A DNA stretch of 64,000 nucleotides. Origin: Halorutilales archaeon Cl-col2-1. Its GTDB lineage: Archaea; Halobacteriota; Halobacteria; Halobacteriales; Afararchaeaceae. The stretch covers positions 1,632,001 to 1,696,000 of the forward strand of contig CP169074.1 of the NCBI GenBank assembly GCA_041891055.1, in the 5' to 3' direction. The notes beneath the pieces are model-generated. The model made no database searches. It saw only the letters and a list, made by a program, of their open reading frames with translations, and was not told the DNA's origin. Shown one piece after another: positions 1-10,087 of this stretch. The first letter of the stretch is position 1. Every line of letters begins with the position of its first letter. The translations under genes were made by a program, and so were the position numbers.

Positions 1-92
1 ATTACGTCTGGGTTGAGGTCGATCCTTCGCCCGATTATGTCGGTACAGCTATACACACGAGAGCTAGACTCAACACCTCAGTCTCAAGATAG
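1..92 (+). CDS. 3' end of upstream gene (partial), probably pilin-operon associated
   Basis: Open frame from position 3 (YVWVEVDPSPDYVGTAIHTRARLNTSVSR) ending at TAG 90-92, 6 nt before the next gene. Confidence 0.5.
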   Translation, partial: YVWVEVDPSPDYVGTAIHTRARLNTSVSR

Positions 93-98
93 ACAGAC

Positions 99-1838
99 AT
101 GAGAAGAAAGAAAACTCATTCGAGAGAAGGACTCGCCCAGTCCGAAGTCGTGGGAGTCATCCTCCTCTTCGGCATCACGATGACCGGAATCGGCATAATC
201 ACTGTCACGGGTTTCCCTTCACTCGACTCGGCGAGAGATGATGTCGGCTTTTCGAGGGCACAGAACGAGATGATGCGTCTCGACTCACACGCGACAGCAG
301 TCGCCTCAGGATCGGGTACTAAGACGGTGCGCCTGAACTTACAGGAAGGGAGTCTCAACACCGTCGAGAAATCCACACGTGTCGACATTAACATCACCAA
401 CACGACGAAAAATCTCAACCGGAGTTTCGATCTCAACTCGGTCAGATACACGATGGGAGACAGGGAGGTTTGGTTCGAGGCGGGTGGTATCTTCCGTAAG
501 ACGTCGGCGGACGCCAATGCCACGATGGTCTCCGCGCCCGACTTCGGGTTCTCACGTAACTCTCTCACGGTTTCGCTCGTCAACGTGAGTACTGCCGATC
601 TGGCGACTGCTGGAGGTCAGCAGACATTCACAGTCTCGCGCGAGTCGAAGGTCGATAGACCGTACCGTGACACGAGTCCGATACGGAACGGGACTGTCTA
701 CGTCAATGTTACGACTCCCAACTCCGAGGCGTGGGAGAGATACTTCGAGAATAGACACAAGCAAGTCGTCGTAGTCGAAAGTAACCACGATGCTAATCCG
801 GGTTGGGTCAAGGTCAGACACGTTGATGTCGTGTCTACGACTCCCATATACTTCCGTCAGGCGATTCTGTCTAGTGGTAAATGGCTGGTGTTAGACAACT
901 CGACAGTAGATACTGTCAGTGGGGATAATACGGCAGATATCGAGATTACAGAGGAAATTGAGTTCAAGAAGGGGTCAGTTGTTAACGGAACTGTCAAGTC
1001 GAATTTAAGTAGTGGGTCAGCGGCTATAGATTGTTTGGGATCGTGTGGCAAAGATGATATGATACGCGGAGACGCACTTGCAAGAAACACTATAGAGGCG
1101 AGCCATGACTCTAACGACAACAGCAATATCTATGTTCCGCCTGAGTACGAGATAAATGATTCGGCAGATGTACATGTCGACGTTCCCGAGCCGGTTAATG
1201 ATATTATAAACAAAAAATTGGGCTCATATGAGGGAAATACGCCACTCTCTGACTTTGCAACTGGTGGTGGAGACATAGACGTCCCGCCGGGGAACTACGT
1301 AGTTGATGGGTCTAATGATATAGACTGGAATAGTGAGACTATAAACTTCAACACAGATGAGGGAGACATAAATATAGCAATCCAGAATGGCTCTAACACC
1401 AAGTTTAGTATAAGTAAGTCCGAGATAAACGTAAACGGAAGAGGTGATGTAAGGATATTCCGTGGATGCGCGAACGGAATGACTGGATTCAATCTAGATG
1501 GCGTAGAAATGAATGTCAGAAACAACAACTCACGCCACTTCCAAGTTTATGTCTATCCTGACAAACAGTGTTCTGGAACCGGTCCTAAGCTCGAAATAAT
1601 CGACTCGACCTTCTACGGTGCTATATACGCCCCGAATAATGATAGAATATCTCTTGGGCAGCAAAACCAAGGGGTAGAGTTTTATGGTGCCATCATAGGA
1701 GAACGCACTGAGTTAATAGACACGGAACTCCATTACGACAGAGACAATATGGTCTTCCCGATCCGACTAAGAGAGACCGACGATCCCACTCGCGCCCATC
1801 TCCACGTCACGAAGAGCGACGTGAACGTCTCGGGCTGA
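99..1838 (+). CDS. Archaeal type IV pilin-like protein with class III signal peptide and large C-terminal beta-rich (adhesin-like) domain
   Basis: Basic N-terminus then AQSEVVGVILLFGI hydrophobic helix; C-terminal FYGAIYAP/FYGAIIG repeats. Confidence 0.7.
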   Translation: MRRKKTHSREGLAQSEVVGVILLFGITMTGIGIITVTGFPSLDSARDDVGFSRAQNEMMRLDSHATAVASGSGTKTVRLNLQEGSLNTVEKSTRVDINITNTTKNLNRSFDLNSVRYTMGDREVWFEAGGIFRKTSADANATMVSAPDFGFSRNSLTVSLVNVSTADLATAGGQQTFTVSRESKVDRPYRDTSPIRNGTVYVNVTTPNSEAWERYFENRHKQVVVVESNHDANPGWVKVRHVDVVSTTPIYFRQAILSSGKWLVLDNSTVDTVSGDNTADIEITEEIEFKKGSVVNGTVKSNLSSGSAAIDCLGSCGKDDMIRGDALARNTIEASHDSNDNSNIYVPPEYEINDSADVHVDVPEPVNDIINKKLGSYEGNTPLSDFATGGGDIDVPPGNYVVDGSNDIDWNSETINFNTDEGDINIAIQNGSNTKFSISKSEINVNGRGDVRIFRGCANGMTGFNLDGVEMNVRNNNSRHFQVYVYPDKQCSGTGPKLEIIDSTFYGAIYAPNNDRISLGQQNQGVEFYGAIIGERTELIDTELHYDRDNMVFPIRLRETDDPTRAHLHVTKSDVNVSG

Positions 1839-2042
1839 CTACTTATCCTCTAGCTCGAAGGCGATAGTGACCTCTGTCTGGTACTCGGGATCTTCGGATC
1901 TCGCTATCTCCATTCCCTGTGACTCGACCTCGACCCAGTGGATGTCGTGTAGTGTCGCCTCTGCCCTCTCTACGGCGTCCATCGCGGCGTCCTCCCACGA
2001 CTCGCTGCTGCTTCCGATCACGGTGATCTTTTTGAATACCAT
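1839..2042 (-). CDS. Dodecin (flavin-binding protein)
   Basis: 67 aa, VFKKITVIGSSSESWEDA...YQTEVTIAFELE is typical of dodecins. Confidence 0.92.
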   Translation of the reverse strand: MVFKKITVIGSSSESWEDAAMDAVERAEATLHDIHWVEVESQGMEIARSEDPEYQTEVTIAFELEDK

Positions 2043-2083
2043 ACTCCGGATAAGAAGAATCAGAACTTCTTAAATCTTGTCGC

Positions 2084-2181
2084 CGTCTGAAAATCTCCGA
2101 TTTTCATGCTCATCAATCGAAGATTGATGAACGTTTGCAAATCTTTGATTTGCAAGCACGTCAATCGAAGATTAACGTACG
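2084..2181. repeat. Two tandem 46-bp twin-hairpin units flanked and separated by CG
   Basis: CG[T-CTGAAAATC tcc GATTTTCAT-GC-TCATCAATC gaa GATTGATGA-A]CG[T-TTGCAAATC ttt GATTTGCAA-GC-ACGTCAATC gaa GATTAACGT-A]CG. Confidence 0.85.
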
Positions 2182-2187
2182 GTCTGT

Positions 2188-3465
2188 CTATATCTCGTCG
2201 AACCCGACGTACTCCTGAAGAGCCTCGGGAACCTCGACGGTGCCGTCCTCCGTCTGGTAGTACTCCAGGATCGCTATGATGACTCGCGGAATTGCGAGAC
2301 CGCTTCCGTTGAGCGTATGTATATGTTCGAGGTCGAGATGTGGCTCGGGTCTATACTTGAGTTCGGCGCGTCTCGCCTGGAAGTCCTCGAAGTTCGAGAC
2401 CGACGAGACTTCGAGCCATCGCTCGTGTGCGGGTGCCCAGACCTCCAGGTCGTAACACTTCGCCGCGGCGAAAGACAGGTCGCCCGTGCAGAGTTCGAGG
2501 ACGCGGTACGGAAGTCCGAGCTCCTGAAGAACCCTCTCGGCGTCGCCCAGGAGTGTTTCGTGTTCGTCGTAGCTCTCGTCGGGCTCAGCGAACTTCACCA
2601 ACTCGACCTTGTCGAACTGGTGGACGCGCGCGATCCCCCGCGTCTCTGTGCCGTGTTTGCCCGCCTCTCTCCTGAAACACGCCGAGACCGCCTGGTGGTA
2701 TATCGGAAGCTCGTCGGCACTGAGGTACTCGCCCTTGTACATATTCGTGACCGGAACTTCCGCAGTCGGAATCAGCCAGAGATCCTCGTCCTCGACGCCG
2801 TAGGCGTCGCCCTCCTCTATGAACTTGGGGTACTGTCCCGTCCCCTTCATCGCGTCTGTGTCGACCAGAACGGGCGGATAGACCTCCTCGTACTCGTCGT
2901 CGTGGAGGTCGCGCATGAACTCGACGAGACCGTGGTGGAGTTTTGCGCCCTTTCCGCGCATGAAGAAGAAGCCCGAACCCGATATACGTGAAGCCCTCTC
3001 GAAGTCTATGAGACCTTTCTCCTCGGCTAAGACGTCGTGGGGTTCGATCTCGAAGCCGTGGTCACGTCTGTCGTCCCATCCCCACCGTCGAACCTCGACG
3101 TTGTCGTCCTCGTCTTCGCCGACTGGTACCGAGTCGTGTGGGACGTTCGGGACACGTAGGAGCATCTCGTCGCGTTCCTCCTTGAGCCTCTCCGCCTCCT
3201 CCTCGACCTCCTCTATCTCCTCCTTGAGTTCCTGGCTCCTCTGTATCGCTTCCTCCGCCTCGTCGTCCTTTCCCTCCTGTTTGAGCTCTGCGATCCTCTG
3301 GCTCGTCTGGTTCCTCTCGTGCCTCAGGTCGTCGCCCTTCTGTTTGAGTTCGCGCCATCTCTCGTCACGTTCGAGTATTCCGTCTATGTCGGCGTCGGAG
3401 CCACGTCTCTCCATCGCCTCCTTGACCTCGTCGGGGTTCTCGCGTAAGTAGTCGGGATCGAGCAT
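2188..3465 (-). CDS. serS: Serine--tRNA ligase
   Basis: N-terminal coiled coil, LIPTAEVP, FRREAG..G..TRG..RVHQFDKVE, HTLNGSGLA. Confidence 0.97.
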   Translation of the reverse strand: MLDPDYLRENPDEVKEAMERRGSDADIDGILERDERWRELKQKGDDLRHERNQTSQRIAELKQEGKDDEAEEAIQRSQELKEEIEEVEEEAERLKEERDEMLLRVPNVPHDSVPVGEDEDDNVEVRRWGWDDRRDHGFEIEPHDVLAEEKGLIDFERASRISGSGFFFMRGKGAKLHHGLVEFMRDLHDDEYEEVYPPVLVDTDAMKGTGQYPKFIEEGDAYGVEDEDLWLIPTAEVPVTNMYKGEYLSADELPIYHQAVSACFRREAGKHGTETRGIARVHQFDKVELVKFAEPDESYDEHETLLGDAERVLQELGLPYRVLELCTGDLSFAAAKCYDLEVWAPAHERWLEVSSVSNFEDFQARRAELKYRPEPHLDLEHIHTLNGSGLAIPRVIIAILEYYQTEDGTVEVPEALQEYVGFDEI

Positions 3466-3571
3466 TGTCTTCTTACAGTCGGTTTAGTGGGTTTCCGTCT
3501 TAACTCTTCATCTATGTCTATGTAAGTCGACAAGCCGAAACACGGTTGTTCCTTTCTCTCTTATCTGATCC

Positions 3572-4606
3572 ATGGAAAAGGTCGAGGGACGTATTCTACG
3601 AGTACTGAGCGACACAGACGAGGTCGATGTCATAGAGGGCACTGTCCATATCGAGGACGGCGTAATCACCGAGGTAACCGAGGAGCCGGTAGAGTCCGAC
3701 GACATCGTTATGCCGGCTTTCGTCAACGCACACACCCACATAGGCGACTCGGTTGCGAAGGAAGCCGGAAGGGGTCTCTCGCTCGACGAGAGGGTCGCGC
3801 CGCCCGACGGACTCAAACACCGCATACTCCGCGACGTTACACAGGAGGAGAAGACTGATGCTATGACGAAGACAGTCGAGTTCATGCGCGACTCGGGTAC
3901 AGGAGCCTTCGTCGACTTCAGGGAAGGCGGAGCTGAGGGAGTCGAGAGTCTCCGGCGCGCAGCCGAAGGAACGGGTGTCGAGGCTGTAGCGATGGGGCGT
4001 GGCGACCCTTCCGTCTTAGACGTCGCCGACGGCTACGGTGCGAGCGGCACAAGAGACGGAGACTTCGCCGAACCGAGAAGCGAGGCGCGCAGTCGCGGGA
4101 AGCCCTTCGGGATACACGCCGGAGAGCGCGACGCTGACGACATAGACGACGCGTTCGACCTCGATCCCGACTTCCTCGTCCATATGGTACACGCCCGTGA
4201 CGTCGACCTCAGAAGACTCGAAGACGACGAGATACCCGTCGCTGTCTGTCCGCGGTCGAACCTCGTGACTGACGTGGGTCTGCCTCCCGTCGAGGATCTC
4301 GTCGAACACACCGACGTCGCCCTCGGTACCGACAACGTGATGCTCAACTCGCCGTCTGTCTGGAGGGAGATGGAGTTCACGTCGAAGCTCTACGACGTCT
4401 CCGACGACGAGGTTCTGCGGATGGCGACTGTCAACGGTGGTAAGCTCTTAGGCAGGGACGACCTCGGAGTAATCGAGGAGGGCGCCGAGGCGCGTCTCAC
4501 TGTTCTCGGTACGTCGGGCGAACTCGACGGCGTGAGGGACGTCTTAGCGGGAGTCGTGAGAAGAGCCGGAGCCGTCGACGTCAGACGCGTAGTCGTGCCG
4601 TCGTAG
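3572..4606 (+). CDS. Metal-dependent amidohydrolase (nucleoside deaminase-like)
   Basis: PAFVNAHTHIGD, IHAGE, VCPRSN, LGTDN motifs. Confidence 0.85.
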   Translation: MEKVEGRILRVLSDTDEVDVIEGTVHIEDGVITEVTEEPVESDDIVMPAFVNAHTHIGDSVAKEAGRGLSLDERVAPPDGLKHRILRDVTQEEKTDAMTKTVEFMRDSGTGAFVDFREGGAEGVESLRRAAEGTGVEAVAMGRGDPSVLDVADGYGASGTRDGDFAEPRSEARSRGKPFGIHAGERDADDIDDAFDLDPDFLVHMVHARDVDLRRLEDDEIPVAVCPRSNLVTDVGLPPVEDLVEHTDVALGTDNVMLNSPSVWREMEFTSKLYDVSDDEVLRMATVNGGKLLGRDDLGVIEEGAEARLTVLGTSGELDGVRDVLAGVVRRAGAVDVRRVVVPS

Positions 4607-4620
4607 AACTGGAGTCAGAG

Positions 4621-4902
4621 TCAGTATCTGATACGGAAGCCGTCGAACTCTCCGGTTGGTTCCTCCCAGTCTACCTCGACCCCTTCGACTTCCGCCGCGG
4701 GGCTACCCTCGTGACACCACTCGACTGTCTCCTCGACTGCGCCGCGTTCTCCCTCGAAGACAGCCTCGACGCGTCCGTCGTCTAAGTTCCTGACCCAGCC
4801 CTCGACGCCGTTCTCGCGCGCCGTGTCACGCGTGTTGGCGCGGTAGTAGACTCCCTGTACCTTCCCCGAGACGAAGACGTGGGCTCTGATTTCTTCCGCC
4901 AT
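4621..4902 (-). CDS. acyP: Acylphosphatase
   Basis: VSGKVQGVYYR, GWVRNLDDGRVE; start taken at MAEEIRAH. Confidence 0.92.
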   Translation of the reverse strand: MAEEIRAHVFVSGKVQGVYYRANTRDTARENGVEGWVRNLDDGRVEAVFEGERGAVEETVEWCHEGSPAAEVEGVEVDWEEPTGEFDGFRIRY

Positions 4903-4913
4903 AGTTCTCAGCC

Positions 4914-5948
4914 TCAACTCTCGTTTTCTTCTTCTTTAAGCCTGGCGTCTATACAGACGTTGTATTCGTAGGGTGCGTACGAGCGCACGTTGACCTCGTC
5001 GAGAACCTCGATCTCGTATCCTCCGTCGCTCGCCGCCTCACGTATCTCGTCGACCGCGCCCTCGAAGAGGTCGTCCTCGTGTCTCATGTCGTAGTAATGG
5101 ATCACACAGCCGTCGCCCGCCGCCTCTACAGCCTCGTCGAGGAAGTCGTTGGCTGAGTGTGGCAGGTTCATTATGATCCTGTCGAAGCCGCCGAGACGCC
5201 GGGCTACCTCGCGTGCGTCTCCTTCGACGACGCTGATTCGGTCTCCGACCCCATTTCTCTCGGCGTTCTGTCTCAGGTACTCGACTGCATCGGGGTTGAC
5301 GTCGACAGCCGTGACCTCAGCACCCCTCTTAGCCGCGGGAACTGAGTAGGGACCTACGCCTGCGAACATGTCGAGAACTCTTTCTCCTTCCTCTATCTGT
5401 GACACGACCCTCTGACGCTCGTTGGCGAGACGTGGAGTGAAGTAGACCTCCGATACGTTGACCCTGAGCTCTACGCCGTACTCACGGTGGACTGTCTCTG
5501 TCGTCTCGTCGCCGTAGACGTGTCTGAGATCACGTAGCCTCTCCCTTCCCTTTACCTTCGACTCGACAGCGAGAGCCGTCTTTATGTTGTTGTCCGCCTC
5601 GACGACCGCCTCGCCCACCTTTTCCGTGACTGTGTCGACTTCGCCGTCTTCCTTCTCCTCTATGAGAGCTATATCCCCGACAGTCTCGAAGGTCGGTGAG
5701 TAGCCGAGTATGTCCTCGGGGGATACGAGACTCTCGCGCTCCTCGAACTCTGCCTCACACATCTCGGCGTCGAGGCTCTCGGGAACCACGTCCCTCGACT
5801 CGACGGGTATGTAGAGACTTCCGTCCTCAGTTCTGAGCCTGAGATCTCCGTCCACTGCGTCGGCTTCGCCGAGGGTCTGGCGCGTTGTCTCGCCCTTCTC
5901 GACGTCGACCTTCACGCACGCCGACGTCCGGGTTATGTCTTCTGACAT
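4914..5948 (-). CDS. trm5: Trm5/Met-10 family tRNA methyltransferase
   Basis: VYFTPRLANER, DMFAGVGP, IIMNLP motifs. Confidence 0.85.
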   Translation of the reverse strand: MSEDITRTSACVKVDVEKGETTRQTLGEADAVDGDLRLRTEDGSLYIPVESRDVVPESLDAEMCEAEFEERESLVSPEDILGYSPTFETVGDIALIEEKEDGEVDTVTEKVGEAVVEADNNIKTALAVESKVKGRERLRDLRHVYGDETTETVHREYGVELRVNVSEVYFTPRLANERQRVVSQIEEGERVLDMFAGVGPYSVPAAKRGAEVTAVDVNPDAVEYLRQNAERNGVGDRISVVEGDAREVARRLGGFDRIIMNLPHSANDFLDEAVEAAGDGCVIHYYDMRHEDDLFEGAVDEIREAASDGGYEIEVLDEVNVRSYAPYEYNVCIDARLKEEENES

Positions 5949-6057
5949 CAGTCTTCGTAAGGGTTTATACGTCGGTGGATGTATAATGCGTTACGAGTCG
6001 AGCCGAATATCCGGTAATACTATCCGTCAGCCCGACGTCTCTGGAGTTATACACAAC

Positions 6058-7413
6058 ATGGTAACAGTATCTACTGTCGTGCTTCTTGGAGTTGGAGCCA
6101 TGGTAGTTCTCATGGTTCTGAGTGCCTTCTTCTCATCCAGCGAGATAGCCATGTTCTCGCTTGAGAGACACAAGATAGAGTCGATGGAGGACTCGGATGA
6201 CAAGAGGGCAGCCGTCTTAAGCGAGCTACGTTCCAATCCCCACCGTCTCCTCGTGACTATACTCGTCGGGAACAACGTCGTCAACATAGCTATGTCGAGT
6301 ATAGCGACGGTTCTCTTCGGGATATACTTCACCAACAGCGGCTTAGCCGTCACCGCGGCGACCGTAGTGGTGAGTTTCTTCGTCCTCATACTCGGCGAGA
6401 GCGCTCCGAAGTCTTACGCTGTCGAGAACGCCGAGTCGTGGGCGCTCAGAATATCACGTCCACTTAGACTCTCACAGAAGGTGATGTTTCCTGCTATACT
6501 CTTCTTCGACTATCTCACACGGGTAGTCAACAAGATCACGGGAGGACGTTCGGACATAGAGACGTCATATATCACGCGTGACGAGATAAAGGGAATACTC
6601 CGTACGGGTGAACGTCAGGGTGCGATAGAGGAAGACGAGAGACGTATGCTCCAGAGGGTTCTCAACTTCAGGAACACAATAGCCAAGGAGGTTATGACAC
6701 CCCGCCTCGACATAGTCGCTGTCGACGACGAGACCTCACTCGACGAGATACTCGAAATATGTATCGAGAACCACTACACTCGTCTCCCAGTCTACCACGA
6801 CACACTCGACCATATCGAGGGGATTGTCGACCTGCGTGACGTACTCAGGGCGAGACAGACGGGCGAGACCCTCGATGACATAATACAGCCGACGCTTCAC
6901 GTCCCCGAGACGAAGGAGATAGATGAACTCCTCACCGAGATGAGGGTCGAGCGCATACGTCTCTCGGTCGTCATAGACGAGTTCGGCTCGACACAGGGAA
7001 TAGTCTCGATAGAGGACATGGTCGAGGAGGTTGTCGGCGAGATATTCGAGACACAGCAGGAGGAGCCGCCGATAGAGGAGGTCGACCAGAACACTCTCGT
7101 CGTCAAGGGAGAGGTCAACATAGACGAGGTCAATGAGACACTCGGTGTCGACCTACCTGAGGAAGGTGAGTTCGAGACGGTCGCGGGGTTCATCTACAAC
7201 CGGATGGGACGTCTCGTAGACGACGGAGAGACGATAGACCACGACGGGGTCAGACTCACCATAGAGGAGACGGAGGGAACTAGGATTCTCCGTGTCAGGG
7301 TTGAGAAGACCGAGTCGGGGATCGACGACACTACTCAAGAACCCGGAACTGACCAGATGTCTGACGCGGGGACAGCCGACGACGAACCTGAGTCCGAGGG
7401 TGATACTGAATGA
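6058..7413 (+). CDS. CNNM/DUF21-CBS-CorC (hemolysin-family) membrane protein
   Basis: SAFFSSSEIAMFS, ILVGNNVVN, GESAPK, CBS pair, CorC tail; start placed at ATG 6058. Confidence 0.9.
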   Translation: MVTVSTVVLLGVGAMVVLMVLSAFFSSSEIAMFSLERHKIESMEDSDDKRAAVLSELRSNPHRLLVTILVGNNVVNIAMSSIATVLFGIYFTNSGLAVTAATVVVSFFVLILGESAPKSYAVENAESWALRISRPLRLSQKVMFPAILFFDYLTRVVNKITGGRSDIETSYITRDEIKGILRTGERQGAIEEDERRMLQRVLNFRNTIAKEVMTPRLDIVAVDDETSLDEILEICIENHYTRLPVYHDTLDHIEGIVDLRDVLRARQTGETLDDIIQPTLHVPETKEIDELLTEMRVERIRLSVVIDEFGSTQGIVSIEDMVEEVVGEIFETQQEEPPIEEVDQNTLVVKGEVNIDEVNETLGVDLPEEGEFETVAGFIYNRMGRLVDDGETIDHDGVRLTIEETEGTRILRVRVEKTESGIDDTTQEPGTDQMSDAGTADDEPESEGDTE

Positions 7414-9023
7414 TCGTAGGGGTAGACGCCGGAGGTACGAACGTAGACGCCGTAGGACTCGACCCCGACGAAGGCGTCGTGACTACCTCGAAGACTAGCC
7501 TCGATCCCTCGAACCCCTCGAAGTCGGTTCGTGACTCCGTCTCGGGTCTCGAAGTAGACGGTAACGACGTCGAACGCGTGGTCGTCGCCACTACACTCGT
7601 CCTCAACTCCGCGTTACAGGACAGGCTCCCCGACGTCACGAACGTCGTGGTTCCCGGTCCAGGTCTCTCGCCAAGGCTTGCATTCCACGGCGACGAGAAC
7701 ATAGTAGCGAGGGGGGCAGTCGATCACAGGGGACGTCTGACCGAGGACGCGCGTCTCGGGGAGTCTCCGTCGAACTCCGTCGTGGCTGTGACTTCGAAGT
7801 TCTCACCACGGAACCCCGAGGTCGAGGAGACTATCGCCGACGGAATTGACGCCGACTTCATAGCACTCGGGAACGAGTCGGGTGGAAAGCTCGGATTCCC
7901 CGAGCGTGCGGCGACGACCGTCTTCAACGCGAAGTCGAAGACAGTCTTCGAGAGATTCGAGTACGACATAGGTGAGGCGCTCGCGGATGTGGGGGTCGAC
8001 GCCCCTGTCTACTACCTCAAGGGTGACGGTGCTATGCTCTCGGAGGACGCCGCGCTCTCGAACCCTTCTCACACTGTCAGAAGCGGATCAGCGGCGAGCG
8101 CGCTCGGACTCGGGTCACTCTCGGGTAGACGTGACGCCATCTGTGTCGACATAGGAGGCACGACGACTGACATAACTGTCCTCGACGACGGCTTTCCGAT
8201 CACAGAGGAGGGATACACTGTTAACGGTCTGAGTACCTACTACGACGGCGTCGACTCGGTTAACCTCCCCCTGGGTGGTGACACGGCTGTCGACGACGAC
8301 GGTCTGACGGAACACCGCAGGGGCTCCGCGGCGGCTTTCGGGGGATCGACTCCGACCCCCACCGATGCCTTGCACGTCACGCGTGAGATGGCACAGGGCG
8401 ATGTGACCTCGGCTGAGACAGCCTTCGACTCTGTCAGTGTCTCGGCTGACGAGGTGATAGACGAAGCAGTCTCACGTATAGCAGACGAGGTCGGGAGTCT
8501 CGCGCGCGACTACGCGAAGGACACAGTCGTCGCAGGAGGAGTCTTAGCGCCGTACCTCGCTCCCCGTATAGGCGAGGCGGTCGACCCGGAGGTCGAGGTC
8601 GTAGTCCCCGACAACGCCGAGGTATCGGGTGCCGCAGGCTGTGCAGCGGCACGTGTGAGTGTCAAGACAGACGTACATATCGACACCGTCCAGAACGTCA
8701 CCACAGTCACGGCTCTCGGCTCCACGAAGAGAGAGACGAGCTACGACGACCTCGGAGACGACCACCTCAGACGGATCGCGTGTGACGAGGCTCTCAGAGC
8801 GGCTGAGGACGCGGGAGCGCGCCGTAGCTACGACTACGGCAACGGAGTCGATGACACAGACACAGACCACGCCGAGGTCGAGGTTCTCAACGCGAGGATC
8901 TTCAACGTCGTCGAGAACAGCCGTGTCGCGGGACAGATAGCCGACGCCACCGCACAAGTCGTCCCAGACCTGAGCTACAGGCACGGATCGGATAACGAAA
9001 ACAGAGACAGAGACGAAGCATGA
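7410..9023 (+). CDS. Hydantoinase/oxoprolinase family protein (HyuA-like)
   Basis: GVDAGGTNVD and DIGGTTTDI actin-fold motifs; 4-nt overlap with upstream gene. Confidence 0.85.
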   Translation: MIVGVDAGGTNVDAVGLDPDEGVVTTSKTSLDPSNPSKSVRDSVSGLEVDGNDVERVVVATTLVLNSALQDRLPDVTNVVVPGPGLSPRLAFHGDENIVARGAVDHRGRLTEDARLGESPSNSVVAVTSKFSPRNPEVEETIADGIDADFIALGNESGGKLGFPERAATTVFNAKSKTVFERFEYDIGEALADVGVDAPVYYLKGDGAMLSEDAALSNPSHTVRSGSAASALGLGSLSGRRDAICVDIGGTTTDITVLDDGFPITEEGYTVNGLSTYYDGVDSVNLPLGGDTAVDDDGLTEHRRGSAAAFGGSTPTPTDALHVTREMAQGDVTSAETAFDSVSVSADEVIDEAVSRIADEVGSLARDYAKDTVVAGGVLAPYLAPRIGEAVDPEVEVVVPDNAEVSGAAGCAAARVSVKTDVHIDTVQNVTTVTALGSTKRETSYDDLGDDHLRRIACDEALRAAEDAGARRSYDYGNGVDDTDTDHAEVEVLNARIFNVVENSRVAGQIADATAQVVPDLSYRHGSDNENRDRDEA

Positions 9024-10084
9024 CACTCGGACTAGTCTACGACGACGACTACCTACTCCACGAACACACGCCGACGCATCCCGAGAGACGTGAGCGTCTC
9101 GCCTACACGATGGATCAGCTTGAGGAGGAGGGTGTCTTCGATCTCCCCGAAGTCGAACTCGTCGATCCCGATCCCGCGTCGTACGAAGACCTCCTGCGTG
9201 TCCACGACGAGGAGTATCTCGAAAGCCTGAGGTCGATGTCTGACTCCGGAGAGGGTTCGTTGAGCCCTGACACACATGTCTCCGAACACACGTGGCACTC
9301 GGCACGTCTCTCAGCGGGTGGCGTAAAGCTCGGGGGCGAGTTAGTCGTAGACGGCGACTACGACACCTCGTTCGTGATGTCACGTCCCGGGGGACACCAC
9401 GCTTTCCCCGACAGAGGACACGGCTTCTGTTTCATAAACAACACCGCCGTGATGGTGAAGTATCTACAGGAGGTCAAGGACGTCGGCAAGGTTCTGATCT
9501 GGGACTGGGACGCCCACCACTTCGACGGCACACAGGAGATATTCTACGACGACCCCTCGGTTCTCGCAGTCTCGACACACCAGGACGGCAGGACGCTCTT
9601 CCCCGGCACGGGGTACGCACATGAGGTCGGAAAGGGCGAAGGCGAGGGATACACCGTCAACGTGCCTCTACCTCCGAAGACGGGCGACGACGGCTACCTC
9701 AGAGTCGTCGACGAGGTGTTCGAGCCGATAGCACGTGAGTTCGACCCCGATCTACTCTTCATAGAGGCGGGTCAGGACAACCATTTCACCGATCCCATCA
9801 CGGATCTTGGCGTCACTGCGAGTGGCTACGCGACTCTGATGGACAGGGCGGTCGAGACAGCCGACGAAGTATGTGACGGCGGTGTAGTCGCGTCGCTCTC
9901 GGGGGGATACGGAATAGAAGGAGGTCTTCCGTATACCAACCTCGCAGTCATAGGATCTCTCGCAGGTCTCGACATCTCACAGATACGTGAACCCTCGATC
10001 TACGATCCTCCGACGGAGTCGCCCGATGTCTCTGATGTCTTAGAAGAGGTAAAGGATATACAGTCGGAGTACTGGGATTTCTAG
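9020..10084 (+). CDS. Histone deacetylase family (acetylpolyamine amidohydrolase-like) protein
   Basis: HPERRERL, RPGGHHA, GFCFINN, DWDAHH, GGY motifs. Confidence 0.92.
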   Translation: MTLGLVYDDDYLLHEHTPTHPERRERLAYTMDQLEEEGVFDLPEVELVDPDPASYEDLLRVHDEEYLESLRSMSDSGEGSLSPDTHVSEHTWHSARLSAGGVKLGGELVVDGDYDTSFVMSRPGGHHAFPDRGHGFCFINNTAVMVKYLQEVKDVGKVLIWDWDAHHFDGTQEIFYDDPSVLAVSTHQDGRTLFPGTGYAHEVGKGEGEGYTVNVPLPPKTGDDGYLRVVDEVFEPIAREFDPDLLFIEAGQDNHFTDPITDLGVTASGYATLMDRAVETADEVCDGGVVASLSGGYGIEGGLPYTNLAVIGSLAGLDISQIREPSIYDPPTESPDVSDVLEEVKDIQSEYWDF

Positions 10085-10087
10085 GCT

